This document shows, piece by piece, positions 22,684-36,544 of a DNA stretch of 64,000 nt (positions within the stretch are counted from its first letter, which is position 1; the number at the start of each line of letters is the position of its first letter). Origin of the DNA: Squalus acanthias (lineage: Eukaryota). The position numbers were made by a program, and so were the translations under genes. The stretch lies in NCBI GenBank assembly GCA_030390025.1, contig CM059432.1, positions 31,312,001 through 31,376,000 on the forward strand. Direction: 5' to 3'. Under the pieces are notes generated by a model. The model ran no database searches. It was not told the origin of the DNA and was given only the letters and a program-made list of their open reading frames with translations.

Positions 22684-25180
22684 GTCAGCAATGGCTCAGT
22701 GGGTAGCACTTTCTAGGTGGGAGGGGCTAGGAGTGAGCAGGTGCTGCTGGGTGCTTGATTACTGCAGGGAGTTGGAATGAGTTTGTAAAAAGTTGGTGGT
22801 GTTTTTTTTTTTCAGGTTTTAGGGTCTTTTTGGTCCTTAAACAGCAGCCAGATGGCTGCTTCCGGGCCCCTCAGAGGACAATGTTCCCAGGATGAATTTA
22901 ATCAGGGGAGAAAATGTTGGGGGAAGGGAGAAAAAAAGGCCCAAAGATTTGGGCCGTGACCCCAGAAGGTTTGGAAAAGAAAACACGGTGGTGGTTCAGT
23001 GCGAGGATAAGGAGATACGAGCTTGAGATATTATCCAGGCGGTACATGAGGACTGCGGCGAGGGAAGCTGCTTTGCCTGCTCACTAAAGTCGAATGTTGG
23101 GTTTGAGGTGACAGTCAGTGGCCGAGAGGAGGTGGAAAGACTTTTACTGCGTTTGAAGGTTGGAGATAAGTTCTTGGCGGTATCTCTGCTATATTCTGAA
23201 GAGGTGGTGGTCTCATTCTTAAACCTGCTGGTTTATATTGAGGACGATGTGCTAATAAACAGGTTGGAGTCGTGGGACATTAAAATTTGCTCAGCAATAA
23301 AGAGGACATACTATCCAGGAACGTGGGTAGCAGATGGAACCCGTTATGTAAAGGTGCAGCTCCCAGAGGGGGTGAAGTCATTGCCGTATAGCATGAAATT
23401 CAAGACAATGGAAGGAGTGTAGTACTTCCAGGTACTGCATGGTAACCAGGTGAAGATTTGTTGTTATTGTCTTGAACACGACCATCTTGTAAGAAGCTGT
23501 CCAGACTTGTACTGTTATAACTGCGGCGAGTCTGGACACATCGCTCGGAGCTGCAAGGCAGAGAGCTGAGGGGTGTGTCACAAAGTAAACACCCGCAGTG
23601 AGTGTGAGGCAGAAGGACACCCCTTGAGTGACAAGGAGATGGGAAAAGGAGAAGGAGCAGGAGGTTTGAGTGGAGTGGCTGGAGGAGCAGAGCAGGCGGA
23701 GGACACAGCTGGTGAATGGACGGAGAAAAGAGCGCAGGAAGAGGCAGAAAATTGCGGTGCAGAGAACAGGATGGAGATGGTGGAAAACACACCAAGTACG
23801 GTGGAAAAGGACAAAGACAGCAGCGGGCCGCATGGGTCGAGGGCAGAGTTGAGCCATAATACGGCTCGGCTCTCCCTAAAGAATCTGGTGTCTGCGGGGG
23901 GAGAGGAGGCGGGAACAGGGTGTGAGGTAAGTGTAAGTACTCGGACATCTCGGGGAGCAGGAGGGGGCAAGTCAAGGAGAGGGTGCAAGAGGCAGGAACC
24001 TTAAAGGGGCAGCAAGACGGGAGCGGGGAAACAAAGATGCCAGAAGGGAGCAAGATAGGTGCAGATGCACCATTGTCCCAGAGAGAGAAGAAACAGGGAG
24101 CAAGGGTCAGCGGTGGCGATGAGGCCAAAGGGAGTGGCACTGATGGAGAAACCGTGATAGCAGGAAGACTCTCTAAGGGAGATTATGTATCTGACGGGGA
24201 GTCGGGATGGGAGGTTACAGAAGAGCTCAAGAGTGAGGAGTCAGAGGGGTGACAGAGACATGGAAGTGCAGGGTGGGGCGGCATCGTGTGGAAAGGGAAA
24301 GGTTAGTGAGGGGCAGAAGGAGGGAGAAGGGACAGCTCCTCGGCCCAAACCTAATGTAAGGAAGAGGCTGAAACTGCAGGGAAGGATCAAACAGGAGGTG
24401 AAAAAGAGCCGGAGGCTGCAGGAGAAAGCAACAGCTGCCCGAAAAGTTGGAAAGGAGCATGAGAGAAAGGAAGGGCTGGAGATTAAATGATGGGGGGATT
24501 ATCAGGCAAACTTCCCTTATTCGGAGCCATGATTACTGATCAATTTTTAAAGTACAGTAGATTAGTATATGTTATGGGAGATAAATCAAACTTCAGATTT
24601 TGATGTTAATACGTGGTGGAGGAATGGCAGTGCAGAGCGGCGGAATGGATTTGTATGATACAATGGAATGATCACGATGTTGTAAATGTTTTAAATGTTC
24701 AATAAATAATATATAAATTTTTAAAAAGTGGATAGCACTCTCATCTCTGAGTCAGAAGGTTGTAAATTAAATCCCACTCCAGACACTTGAAGTGCATAAT
24801 CTAGGCTGACACTTCAGTGCAGTACTACGGCAGTGCTGCACAGTTGGAGGTGCTGTATTGAAACAATAAACCAAAGCCCCATCTGTCCTCTCAGGTGGAT
24901 GTAAATATCCATGGTACAATTTCAAAGAAGGACAGGGAGTTCTCCATAGTTTCCTGACCAATATTAATGCCTCAACCAACATCAGTAAAATAGGTTATCT
25001 AGTCATTATCACATTGCTATTTGTGGGACCTTGCAGTGCACAAATGGACTGCCATGTTTTCCCTCATTACAACATGACTACACTTCAACAGCACTTCATT
25101 GGCTGTAAAGCACTTTGGGATGTCCTGAGGTTGTGAAGGCACAATATAAATACAAGATCTTCTTTCTTTCTTTTCCTTTT
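22684..25180 (+). mobile_element. Deu-domain tRNA-SINE split by the Tx1-like element
   Basis: Head gtcagcaatggctcagtgggtagcact at 22684-22710; body resumes at 24727 and runs to a (TCTT)n tail. Confidence 0.88.
22711..24726 (+). mobile_element. Tx1-clade non-LTR element, ORF1 only, with TSD
   Basis: Decayed ORF1 at about 22852-24490: VADGTRYVKV..SLPYSMKF, two CCHC knuckles (CYCLEHDHLVRSC, CYNCGESGHIARSC) and a charged tail. AATAAA and an A-rich end. TSD agtgggtagcact / agtggatagcact. Confidence 0.85.
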
Positions 25181-25733
25181 TTCAGAAATGAAATAAAATC
25201 CAAGGATTAATAATAATTAGATTCCTTTTAACTGCTCTTTCAATCGAGATGAGAGGAATGCATGTTTATTAGATCCTGTCAGTACTTTATAGCCAACCTG
25301 CTGGTTAAAGTGAGGGAATTTTCAGGCACCCAGTGTTAAGCATCGGGTACTCTCAGTTCAGCTGCATAGCAAAAGGAGCATAGTAAGTTCCCTTTACCTT
25401 TCTCACTAATGTGTGCCCAAACCTTAGAAGAGCACATCCGACTGCACTGTTCTGACAACCTCCACACGATTCAGCCTGTGGCCTCTCTGTACATGCCGAC
25501 CTAGAAAACTAGCAAAAGCTGAGCAACTTCTTCAAAAAAGCTTACAACACAAAAACAGCCCAGAGTATAAACCAATGATATGTGAAAGCAACTAATTACA
25601 CTGAACATGCACTGATATTGGCTTGTATCTTAAGATATGAGGATACCTAACATTCCTTCACTTATTTTCAGCCTTGAACTGAGGTGTCTAGGAGGTGAAC
25701 TTATAGAGGTGTATAAGATAGTAAACAGAAGTA

Positions 25734-26139
25734 CAGGAAACTCTTTATTAACCGGCACCGACGGGACCGGCGTGGTGCCGGTTTATTGAAAGTACCGGAT
25801 AACGGAGAGTTATATCTACCGAGGCTATTTTTAACAAAGAAAAATAAATAAATCAAGAAATGTGCAGTATACTTCTGACAGCGCCAGGAGGCCGAGTAGT
25901 GGCACTTTTGAAAACTACCCCTACTGACTAAATCGGCCTTCGCGGACTCGGACTCGGACTCGGGATCGGCAACATTGCCGGTTATTTGAGAGGAGTTTTC
26001 GGAGTACTCGGCGTTCGCGGAGACTCGACTGCGACTCGGCAACATTGCCGGTTATTTGAGAGGAGTTTTCGGAGGATGATTTTTGCCGGTTAAGCGAGAA
26101 TTCCGGATATTTGGGTGCCGGATAAACAAAAGTTTCCTG
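25734..26139. mobile_element. Tc1/mariner (pogo/Tigger-like) MITE
   Basis: TA|CAGGAAACT..AGTTTCCTG|TA; same termini as 31698-31995. Confidence 0.85.
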
Positions 26140-27269
26140 TACATGATAGCATGAAGAGTGATACAAATATTGAAGGCACAAGATTTATTCTCTAAAGCAG
26201 TCTGAGGACATCTCCTCCCAGAAAATGTTGATTTTAACCACTTTATTTGATGCATTTTGTGTTATGTTGGAGTCTGCAATGAACACGGCATTGTTTTTCT
26301 TTACATAAAGAGGAAAGGATATTCACATTATTGCAAGATAATTCCAAATGAGGAAGGCCATTTGATCCATGTCGTTCATTCATCCAGAATTATCCTAAAG
26401 GCACCTGTTGCAGCATCCAACTGGTTCTTAAGTGATTCTAGAGTTTTTGGCTCCTTTATTCTATCTGGGAGTTTGTTCCATTTTTAATCACTCTGTGTGG
26501 TGAAGAATTTCCTGCCATCAGTCATAAATTTATCTTTTGCTAATTTGAATCAACTTCTCTTTGATGTACTCTCACAATTTAGTTTAAAGTAGATATTTGC
26601 ACCTACCTCTATAATGTCGCCTCCCAATCACCCCCTTTCAATGATGAAAAGTCCAGTCTTTCCTCATAACGCAGACCTCTAATACTCGGGATCAGCCTTG
26701 TGGCTCTTCTTTGCCCTACTTTTAATGACTCTCTTGTGATTCAAGTGACTAGAAATGGACAAAGTTCATTCAGAGCACTATAAAGTTTGATCATGACTTT
26801 TTCTGACTTGTATACTACTGTTCTGACTATGTACTTTAACATTCTAGGTGTCAGCCTTGGCTCAGCGGTAGCACTCTCCTGCCTGACTCAGAAGATTTGG
26901 ACAGACTTGAGATGTACAGAGCTTAAAAAGCAAATTCGGACTGACCTTTCTTGAATTTGTAGTCACAGTAGCACAAATCAAATTTAAATTCTGGTTATTC
27001 TGAGACATTTGAGTCTTATAGGCATTTCAATTTGATTAAAACAGAGTATCCACTGCTTAAGGTCATGTAGTATTGTGAAGGATATAATTATTAAAACTGA
27101 TCATTACCTCCATTAGGAAGTGTCACTGCTTGAGGTAAAACTGTAATTAACTGTTATACTAAAAGAAAAAAACAACTTAACAGCTGCAAGGCTTAATCAA
27201 AGGGACTCTTTACAGCCTGAATTAATTATCGTTATGGGCTGCAAACCAAATACAAGCAGCAGCTTAAAG

Positions 27270-28025
27270 ACATGAGAATAGGATTGAGGTCTTCAAGATT
27301 TTGATGGGTTATGATAAGGCAAATATAATAGATGGTTTCCACTGCTCAGTGACATGGTAATGAGAAGGCACAAATTTATGATAACCACGAAAAGAAATTT
27401 AAAAAGTGGGGGGGTTTAGAAAACATTTCTTTACTCAGAGATTGGTTAGAATATGGAATTCTCTGTCACAAACTATGGAATCAGAGTCCAAAAACTCTTT
27501 TAAAAGGGTAGCAGATAGTTGCTTAAAATGGGATCATGCAGGAGAGTGGAAATAGACTAGGTGGGATGCGTGTGGATGGTGCAGGAGGGTGGGAGTAGAC
27601 TGGGTTGGATAGTAAAGGGTATGGGGATATAGAAGGGTGTGGGGAACAGGCAGGAGAGTGGAATTAGACTGGGTGGGATATTAAAAGGTGTGGGGGTCAT
27701 GCAGGAGAGTGGGATTAGACTGGGTGGCTCATGTGGAGAACACCCTAATGTAGAATTGAAGGGCCGAGTTGCTTGTTTCTGTGCTGTAACATTGTATGAT
27801 CTCATGTTGATGTTATCATATGAATGTGTAGCAGGCTCACACAAATTCCTCTCTCTTCTATTTCACCGGAGGCGTTAACCTACTAACATGAAACACTTAG
27901 AAATATGGAAGGATATGCTGATAGGGTTAGATGAAGTAGAGTGGCAGATGGCTCGTATGGAGCATAAAAACACTGGCATAGACCAGTTGGGCCAAATAGC
28001 CTGTTTCTGTGCTGTAAATTCTATG
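27270..28025 (+). mobile_element. Old CR1 3' fragments with an internal ~50-bp tandem repeat (about 27530-27730)
   Basis: CR1 tail motif gggccgag/aa..tgtttctgtgctgta occurs twice; unit gcaggagagtgg(g/a)attagactgggtgg is repeated. Confidence 0.6.
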
Positions 28026-28106
28026 AAATTCATAAGATGATAATTTCTACCCAATAGTATGTTCCAAGATTAACCCTTTCATCTCCTGCTCTGAGTTAGA
28101 TTCTAA

Positions 28107-28605
28107 GGCCCCGATAATAACAGGGAGGCGGGAAGGGAGCGGAGGGGAGGTTTAGCGGCCAGGAAACCCGGAATTGTGGTTTTCCCGGAGGCCCACCGAA
28201 TTTAACAGCAGGACCTGATGTAAATGTTTTGAATGGGATTCCTGGCCACAGCCAGCCAGATTGAGACAGAGCAGCCGGGGTGGGAGTCAGACAATAGAGG
28301 GAGGTGAGTCGGACATCAGGGGTCCCATCGCGGGAGGGAGGGGTTTACAGGTAAGCTTGAGAAGCCGAGGAAAGCACTTTTGCTCCTCCTGGCCTACAAG
28401 CAGTGCCGTAAAGGATCCGGCCCTCTCGCCTACCTAGCGGCTGTTAAAAATAAATGTTAAATTAAATTGGAGGCAGGCAACCTCCTTAAAATATTTTAGT
28501 GACTGACCTGAGAGCGGGTTGGTCGCATTCCGCCCGACCCACCTCCGTTAAATCCGAAAGTGGTCGGGTTGGAGGCAGGCTGGGGTCGGTTTGCCCATTT
28601 TTTGA
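28107..28605. mobile_element. Harbinger-type MITE fragment
   Basis: GC-rich, starts ggccccgataataac and shares internal motifs with family C. Confidence 0.55.
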
Positions 28606-30381
28606 ATAACGACTGCAGCAGTTCAAGAAAAAGGCCCAGCACCACCTGCTGAGAGCAACTAGGGATGGGAAAGAAATGCTGGCCTTGCCACCAACATCCA
28701 CATCCTGGGAGTGAATTTCAAAATTTATGAGGAAAGGTTACGAATTAGGGAATAAGAAGGAAAATCAGGTGTAATGTTTTTACCTGGAGCCATTGAAGGA
28801 TTTAGCTGGGGAAGCTGTTGAAATGAGCATTATAAGTGTGTTCAAGATGCAACTAAAAGCATTTCTGGTGAGAAGGGAGGGAGATGGGTCTGAGATTGAT
28901 CAAAAAGAATGGGATGTTGGGCCTATTGGCCTTAACTCACATTCTTAACATTGTGATGTGGGCGACACTGGTAAGGCAGTATTTATTTATTATCATTATT
29001 AGTAACCCTGAAGGCATTAAGAGTCAACTACATAGTGTAGGCTAAAGTCACATGGAGGCCTGAAGTGAATCAGCTGGGATTTTACAACTACTTCATTGTC
29101 TTTTTTTTGGTGCTAGCAATGAAATTACCATATTCAAATTCAATTTCATAACCTACCATAGTGGGATGGGAACCTGCAACCTGTAGAGTGCTCGGGGGAG
29201 TTTTTTGGGGGGTCAGCGGGCACGTTTGGTGACGGGTCGGGTGGGAAAAATCCTTTTTTTTGACAGCGGGTCGGAATCCCACTGTCAACCCACCACCACG
29301 CGACTTTCCCAGATGTCGGTTCTGTCAGGGCTGAACAGATCCAACACACAGCGGCGGAGGAGGCAATTCAGGTCATTATGACCTTGTTAACAGCCCATTA
29401 AAAAGTATTTTGAGCTCACCTTACCATTTTACGAGGTCGTCCACGGGGTCCATGCTGCTCGGGGACCACGTCAGGTAAGGAGGTCAGGAGTTGTATGACC
29501 ATGGGATCATCTCATTACTTGGCAGCTGCAAATGTGCTATAAAAGCTCCCATCTCACAGCTGTTCACTTTCCAAGCTCAGAAGCTGTTGCTTACTGCATT
29601 TGGAGGACAGGTTGAGCTTTATGCAGGTTGCAAGTGTTTGGAGCAAACTCTCTATCCAGTGTCACCTCATTGGAACAATCTCTCTCACCATTGACAGATT
29701 GCTTCTGTCCTCTCAAGTTCACCTGCCATCTATTCCATCAGCATCGGTGCCCTTGAAACTATCTCACCTTGGTCCTCAGAATCCCACCACAATCAGCCCC
29801 AATACCAGCAGAACCAGGCACAACAGCAGCACCAATAACAACACCAACCTTCTCCGCAATCAACTGATGCTGCACAGGACACAGGGCATCAGTCCCCAAC
29901 CACATTGCTGCCCGCAGGGATGGCCTCACCATGGCCAGATTTACTTCACTTGACGCTGTACACCCTGGCTGCCACATGATATGCCAGGTTGGCACCACCC
30001 AACACCAACACCATAAAGCATCCCTATAAAGCCCAAGCCATTCCTTTCACACTCATCGCCATTGCGGGGGGAGGAGTAACGTTATGTCGCACCATTCACT
30101 GCAACTCAGTAAGCCACTTCCAAAGGTGCACACAGATTTGTCCAAGAACGCAAAGTGTTGAAAATAAAGGTTTCAATGTTTGACACCACATTAACAGAAA
30201 TTTTACATGAACATTGCATAAAATACCTAAGTGCCTACCCTTGTGTCTTGTTAGTTGGTATGATTACATTAGGATGAGGGTGAGTGTGAGGGGTGGCTAG
30301 TGAGATGGGGAAGTGATCATGTAGATAGAGAGGGATGGGTGGAGGTGCAAGGTAAGTTGGTGTGAGTAAGGATGTGCAGGA

Positions 30382-33101
30382 GGGATGGCAACAAACAAGA
30401 AATTAGAGATGCATGTAACAAGGGTACTACAGTAATCATGGGTGACTTTAATCTACATATAGGCTGGCCAAACCAAATTAGCAATAATACTGTGGAGGAT
30501 GAATTCCTGGAATGTGTACGAGATGTTTTTTTAGACCAGTGCGTTGAGGAGCCAACTAGGGAACAGGCTATCCTAGATTGGGTATTTTGCAACGAGAAGG
30601 GGTTAATTAATAATCTTGTTGTGCGGTGTCCTTTAGGGAAGAGTGACCATAACATGATAGAATTTTTCATTAAGATGCAAAGTGAAGTAGTCCAATCCGA
30701 AACTAGGGTCCTAAATCTAAACAAAGGAAACTACAAAGGTATGAGAAGTGAATTGGCTATGATGGATTGGGGAGCTTCATTAAAAGACATGACGGTGGAT
30801 AGGCAATGGCTAACATTTCAGGAACGAATGCATGAATTGCAACAGTTATACATTCCTTTCTGGTGCAAAAACACAAAAGGAAAAATGGCCCACCATGGCT
30901 AACAAAAGAAATTAAGGATAGTATTAGATCCAAAGAGGAGTCATATAAAGTTGCCAGAAAAAGTAGCAAGCCTGAGGATTGGGAGCAGTTTAGAGTTCAG
31001 CAAAAAAGGACCAAGAGATTGATTAAGAGGGGAAAAATAGAGTATGAGAGTAAACTTGCAAGGAACATAAAAGCGGATTGTAAAAGCTTCTACAGGTATG
31101 TAAAAAGAAAAAGATTAGTGAAGACAAATGTAGGTCCCTTACAGTCAGAAACGGGAGAATTTATAATGGGGATCAAGGAAATGGCAGAGCAATTAAACAA
31201 ATACTTTGGTTCTGTCTTCATGGAAGAGGACACAAATAACTTCCCAGAAATGCTAGGGAACCAAGGGTCTAGTGAGAAGGAGGAATTAAAGGAAATTAGT
31301 ATTAGTAAAAAAATAGTGCTGGAGAAATTAATGGGACTAAAAGCCAATAAATCCCCGGGGCCTGATAATCTGCATCCCATCTGTACTAAAAGAGGTAGCC
31401 ATGGAAATAGTGGATGCATTGGTTGTCATCTTCCAAAATTCTATAGATTATGGAACAGTTCCTGCAGATTGGAGGGTGGCAAATGTAACCCCACTATTTA
31501 AAAAAGGAGGGAGAGAGAAAATTGGGAACTACAGATCAGTTAGCCTAACATCAGTAGTAGGGAAAATGCTAGAGTCTATTATAAAGGATGTGATAACAGG
31601 ACACTTAGAAAATATCAATGGGATTAGACAAAGTCAACATGGATTTATGAAAGGGAAATCATGTTTGAAAAACCTACTGGAGTTTTTTGAGGATGTACAG
31701 GAAACTCTCTTTTAATCGGTACCTAAATATCCGGAAATCTCTCTTAACCGGCAAAATTCAGGAGTAGGTTCAGGTAAGTTTTACTATATATTAGTGGCCG
31801 TGTAATCGGGGTTCCTGGATCTGTGGCCGTGTAACCGGGGTTCCTGCACCTGTGGCCGTGCAACAGGGACTCCTGGATCTGTGGCCGTGTACGGGGCTCT
31901 CGTACCTTGGTAAGTATACCTCTCTGTAATCTGGACTTTTTGATCAACCGGCACCACGCCAGTCCCGTCGGTGCCGGATAAAAAAGAGTTTCCTGTAACT
32001 GGTAGAATAGATAAGGGAGAACCAATGGATGTGGTGTATTTGGATTTTCAGAAGGCCTTTGATAAAGTCCCACATAAGAGGTTAGTGTGCAAAATTAAAG
32101 CACATGGGATTGGGAGTAATATACTGGCATGGATTGAAAATTGGTTAACAGACAAGAAACAGAGAGTAGGAATAAATGGGTCTTTTTCGGGGTGGCAGGC
32201 AGTGACTAGTGGGGTACCGCAGGGATCAGTGCTTGGGCCCCAGCTATTCACAATATATATCAATGGATGAGGGAACCAAGTGTAATATTTCCAAGTTTGC
32301 TGACGACACAAAACTAGGTGGGATTGTGAATTGTGAGGAGGATGCAAAGAGGCTTCAAGGCGATTTAGACAAGTTGAGTGAATGGGCAAGTACATGGCAG
32401 ATCCTTGTACACCAGTCACTGAAAGCAAACATGCAGGTGCAGCAAGCAGTTAGGAAGGCAAATGTTATGTTGGCCTTCATTGCAAGAGGATTTGAGTACA
32501 GGAGCAAGGATGTCTTACTACAGTTATACAGGGCCTTGGTGAGACCATACCTGGAGTACTGTGTGCAGTTTTGGTCTCCTTACCTAAGAAAGGATATATT
32601 TGCCATAGAGGGAGTGCAGCGAAGGTTCACCAGACTGATTCCTGGGATGGCAGGACTGTCATATGAGGAGAGATTGGGTCGACTAGGCCTGTATTCACTA
32701 GAGTTTAGAAGAATGAGAGGGGATCTCATTGAAACGTATACAATTCTGACAGGGCTAGATAGACTGGATGCAGGGAGGATGTTTCCCCTGGCTGGGGGGT
32801 CTAGAACGAGGGGTCACAGTCTCAGGATATGGGGTAGGACATTTAGGGCTGAGATGAGGAGAAATTTCTTCACTCAGAAGGTGGTGAACCTGTGGAATTC
32901 TCTACCACAGAAGGCTGTGGAGGCCAAGTCACTGAATATATTTAAGAAGGAGATTTCTAGACACAAAAGGCATCAAGGGTTATGGGGAGAGAGCGGGAAT
33001 ATGGTATTGAGATAGAGGATCAGCCATGATCATATTGAATGGCGGAGCAGGCTCGAAGGGCCGAATGGCCTACTCCTGCTCCTATTTTTCTATGTTTCTA
33101 T
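30382..33101 (+). mobile_element. Degenerate CR1 ORF2 and tail
   Basis: GDFN, SDH, GVPQGS and FADD pieces, an internal deletion near 32400, and a (TTTCTATG) tail. Confidence 0.95.
31698..31995. mobile_element. Tigger-like MITE in CR1
   Basis: TA TSD, TIR CAGGAAACTCT; contains about four copies of a 29-bp unit gtggccgtgtaa..cctggatct. Confidence 0.88.
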
Positions 33102-34520
33102 GAGTAGGGTAGGGAAGGCAGAGTGATGGGAATGTGATGAGTAGCACAGCAGGATGAGGTTGAGTGTGGCTTTGCAGTAATGCTTTGTGATCTACTGAGA
33201 TCACTGAAAGGTTTGTGCCACTGCAGTCTGGTCCTCTTTACGCCATCCCTGCTTGTGTCCTCCTGTGCAATGTGCAACCAGGCTGCATTGGTCTCCTGAG
33301 GAGGTCTCTTCCGCCCATTGAAAGGGAAGAGAACCTCCCTGCATGCTGTGACTCCCTCCATAAGCATATGGAGGGAGTCATGGGAGAGCCTGGGTGCAGC
33401 CGTGCACCTTTGTGCAGTGCTGGTCAGTGTTTGCAGCACCTCAATGCTGTGGAACACTGACAGCACAACTGTCAAAAATCAATTTGCGCGTGGTCCCTTT
33501 AAGGAAACCGGCTAATGACATGTCAGCAAATGACATCATCAGACCCGCTCCCTTCAATTGGCCAGCAAACGTGCTGGGCAGGCTTAACAAGCCCAATCAA
33601 CGTAAAATCATTCTACAGAGCAGGATGGGGCCAGCAGCAGGGTCGGGACCCGCCGAGGTGGGGGAAATCGCGGCCCTAGTCTATTACCATAACCACTAGG
33701 CAACTTGACCCTTATCCTAGCTCACCTGTTAACTCCATTACTATAAGCAAACTGCCCAGTGTGGAACAGGAAATTCCCTGGGCTCCACTGAGCTACTGGC
33801 AGGATCTCACAACTGGCCATAGATTAGGAGTGGAATCAAAGCAGCCAGAGATCCCTCTCCGGCAACTCTTACTGGAAAGTGTGCATGTGTGACTATTGGA
33901 TAAAGAGAGGATTGGGTTTGGTGTGATGTGTGCCATAAATGTACAGGAGTTAAACCCATTGGCACAATCCCATAGTTCAGTCAGTTTGTACAAACTGCAC
34001 AAGCTACTCTCATAAGAGATATAATGCTATTTGAACCTCTGAGCTTTTTTACGCCTATTAAACAATAAATGCCTTGCTTGCTCTCTCTCCCCACTCCCCC
34101 AGTACATGCCCCTGCTCCCAAGTTAGTCACAACTGGATTGATTCTGAATATAGCTTCTGTTAACATCTACAGCACGATCCCTGTAAACCGTACACCCTGG
34201 GCTTTCCTCCCACGGTATAATTTCTTTATTACTCTTTAGCATAATTGTAGTAATTAATCAGATGATGTATAAAAACGTTAAAAGTCTGTCCCCTTATCAT
34301 TTTAATTCTACAACTGTGCCTCTCAACCATTGCTCTCAGCGGAGGCTTGAGTGCTGTAATTTATTTCTGTACGTGGGGGCTGCTTTCTGTTCAATGGGTT
34401 TTATTTTCTTGAATTTTAACATTGCAATGACAATCCATTTGTGGCCAACGGAAGTAAGAAAGCGTGATACGTAGCCAGGACAGTAAAGTACAAGCCACAG
34501 AGTTTATGCTGAGGGATCAT

Positions 34521-34870
34521 AGGCCTCGATTTTAACTCAGGGCGGGATCCTTCCATGCAAGGGGGGGGAATAGGGAGAATGACAAACTCGCATGTCGAGG
34601 CCTGGAGAGATTTTAACTCCTGGGCCTCATTTCCATATTCAGGATCGCACACCCACCCCAAGCTGACAGGAGTCACTGCCCTGACCGACGGGCTGGAGCG
34701 GAATCCTGGCAGCAGGAGGCCGGCGCTGGGGCATCACGGGAACAGTCCACAGCAGTCAGGTAAATGGTGAGGGGAGGGGAGGTCCCAAGGTGATCGTGAA
34801 CGGAGTAGCGGGGAGGAAGCAAGGGAGGCCCAAGGTTTTCTTGTGCAGCCTGGAGGAGCACTCCTGCTCC
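34521..34870. mobile_element. Harbinger-type MITE fragment
   Basis: Starts GGCCTCGATTTTAAC; GC-rich; shares motifs with 28107-28605. Confidence 0.45.
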
Positions 34871-35082
34871 TATATCTTTCTATACTGTAAAAACCCAATT
34901 GGTTCAGTATTGTCCCTATGGAAATCTGCCATCCTTACCTGGTCCAGCCTATATGTAACTCCAATCCCACATACCTTAATACCCTCTAAAATGGTTTAGT
35001 AAGGCACTCACTTGTCAAAACATTTGGATAAGAAAAATTTAGCCTTGCCTGCATCATTCACATTCTGAGAACAAATGTATAT

Positions 35083-35975
35083 GGGGGAAAAATTTGGCTG
35101 ATTTGCGCCTCCCGTTAGCGCCCTAAGAGGACACTAATGGGGCGCGAAAGCAACTAGCGCCCGGGCGTGGCGATGTTTGCGCCGCTCGCAAAATTGACCA
35201 GACATTTTATGGCGGCGCTAAACACTACCACCACGATCTCCTGTGCCCGCAGATTGTGACGTCAGTCAAGCGTGCAATGCCCCGGTAGCGCCCCGGACTG
35301 GATATTGAGTGGTGCCCCCTGCCTTACCGCCTGCCGCTAGCAATGACAGGTTGAGGAGAACGTTTTGTAGTCGGGAAGGGACTGGGGGAGCACTATTTAA
35401 AGGCGGCCGCTTCCTGACTTTTTTTGTTGGTGACATTTTTGCACCACACATTCTGAAAGAGAGAGAGAGACTTCTGGAGAGATTCAACGCTGTGTGAAGG
35501 AGTTTTGGGTACTGAGCAGCACTTTGCAAGTTCATTTTGATTTGACCTTCCTTGCATCGATTTAGAAGAGACTATGGGGGCTGGACTCTGAGCTCTTTCC
35601 CTGGGCCTCTCCATTGTTCTTTCCAGCAGAATTGATGTACAGGTCTCTCCAGGCCGAGATTCAAGGCTGCAATGAGCAGGGTGTGGCTGAAGAGCAAGAT
35701 CAACCCTCCCCTTTAAGAACTAGCCCGTGCCATTGTGTCTGTGTTCCATTGCTGACTGACATCACATGAGCTTCGCCAGCGCTCTGAGGAAGTGCCTCGT
35801 TCCTCGGCGTTAGCGCCTTAAGAGAGGTGTGTAGCGCCTGATTTAGCGCTCCAATCACCTCCAGGGGCGATAGAAGCCAAGTTTGCATTCGGAGGCGATA
35901 ATTAGTGCCAGGCACTAAACTTTGCACCCGGCCGATAATTGCGTCTCAAACGAGGCGATACCGAATTTCTCCCGC
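35083..35975. mobile_element. Harbinger-type MITE, family B, TAT TSD
   Basis: TAT|GGGGGAAAAATT..AATTTCTCCCGC|TAT; inverted homolog of 14266-15153. Confidence 0.88.
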
Positions 35976-36544
35976 TATATTTTTAAATTAGTGAATTAAA
36001 TTGCCAACAGTAATTTTTGTCCTCTATTCTGACATAAGGAAAATGTGGGAAATAGTTGCCCGAAGGCTCAGCAAAGAAAATTTATGAGTGAGTCACTAGG
36101 CCTCAAGTTTATTTTCTAGTGGTCGATACAGAATAGGCTTCGAGGGATTGTATGCTTGTCCTTTCTGTGAGGAAATATCACGGGAGAAACAATTTTACAC
36201 CGCTGGGTCACAGCTTTAATGAGTTTTTTGTTGAATCAGTTTCTGATAGTCCTGCTGTGTTAGGCAGGCACCCAAATCGATGTTTTCAAACAAAGCTTCG
36301 CACCAGTGTTTAATGACTTTCACAACCCTCTATCAGCAGGCTGCTGGCGTCGCATGCTTGATGTTAACGACTGTTTAATAGGAGTTCATGGGTATTAATG
36401 GCTATTGATTTCAGTGTTGCCTGCTGCTGATTCAGTAATCTTTGTGCATTATTCACACTTCCGCAATGAATGGGATCACCGAATCTCGTCTTTACCTGTT
36501 TCCTACATACGAAAGAAAACAATGTTAACTTCCTGTAGGTGATG

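Larger units (their letters stand above)
29195..33676. mobile_element. PIF/Harbinger-derived element with Myb/SANT-like remnant, split by CR1
   Basis: Minus ORF 33098-33475 APRLS..L..V...REVLFP..AWLHIAQE..RT..QW.K.FSDL. Sequence caggag|tagggtaggg rejoins across the CR1, as in the intact copy near 3465. Confidence 0.8.

Noticed and set aside
23378..24460. Long overlapping ORFs, including 246 aa on the minus strand
   Set aside because: Shadow frames of the purine-rich Tx1 ORF1 tail.
31795..31890. CRISPR-like short repeats here and at 51070-51245
   Set aside because: Head-to-tail tandem units without unique spacers, inside eukaryotic MITEs.
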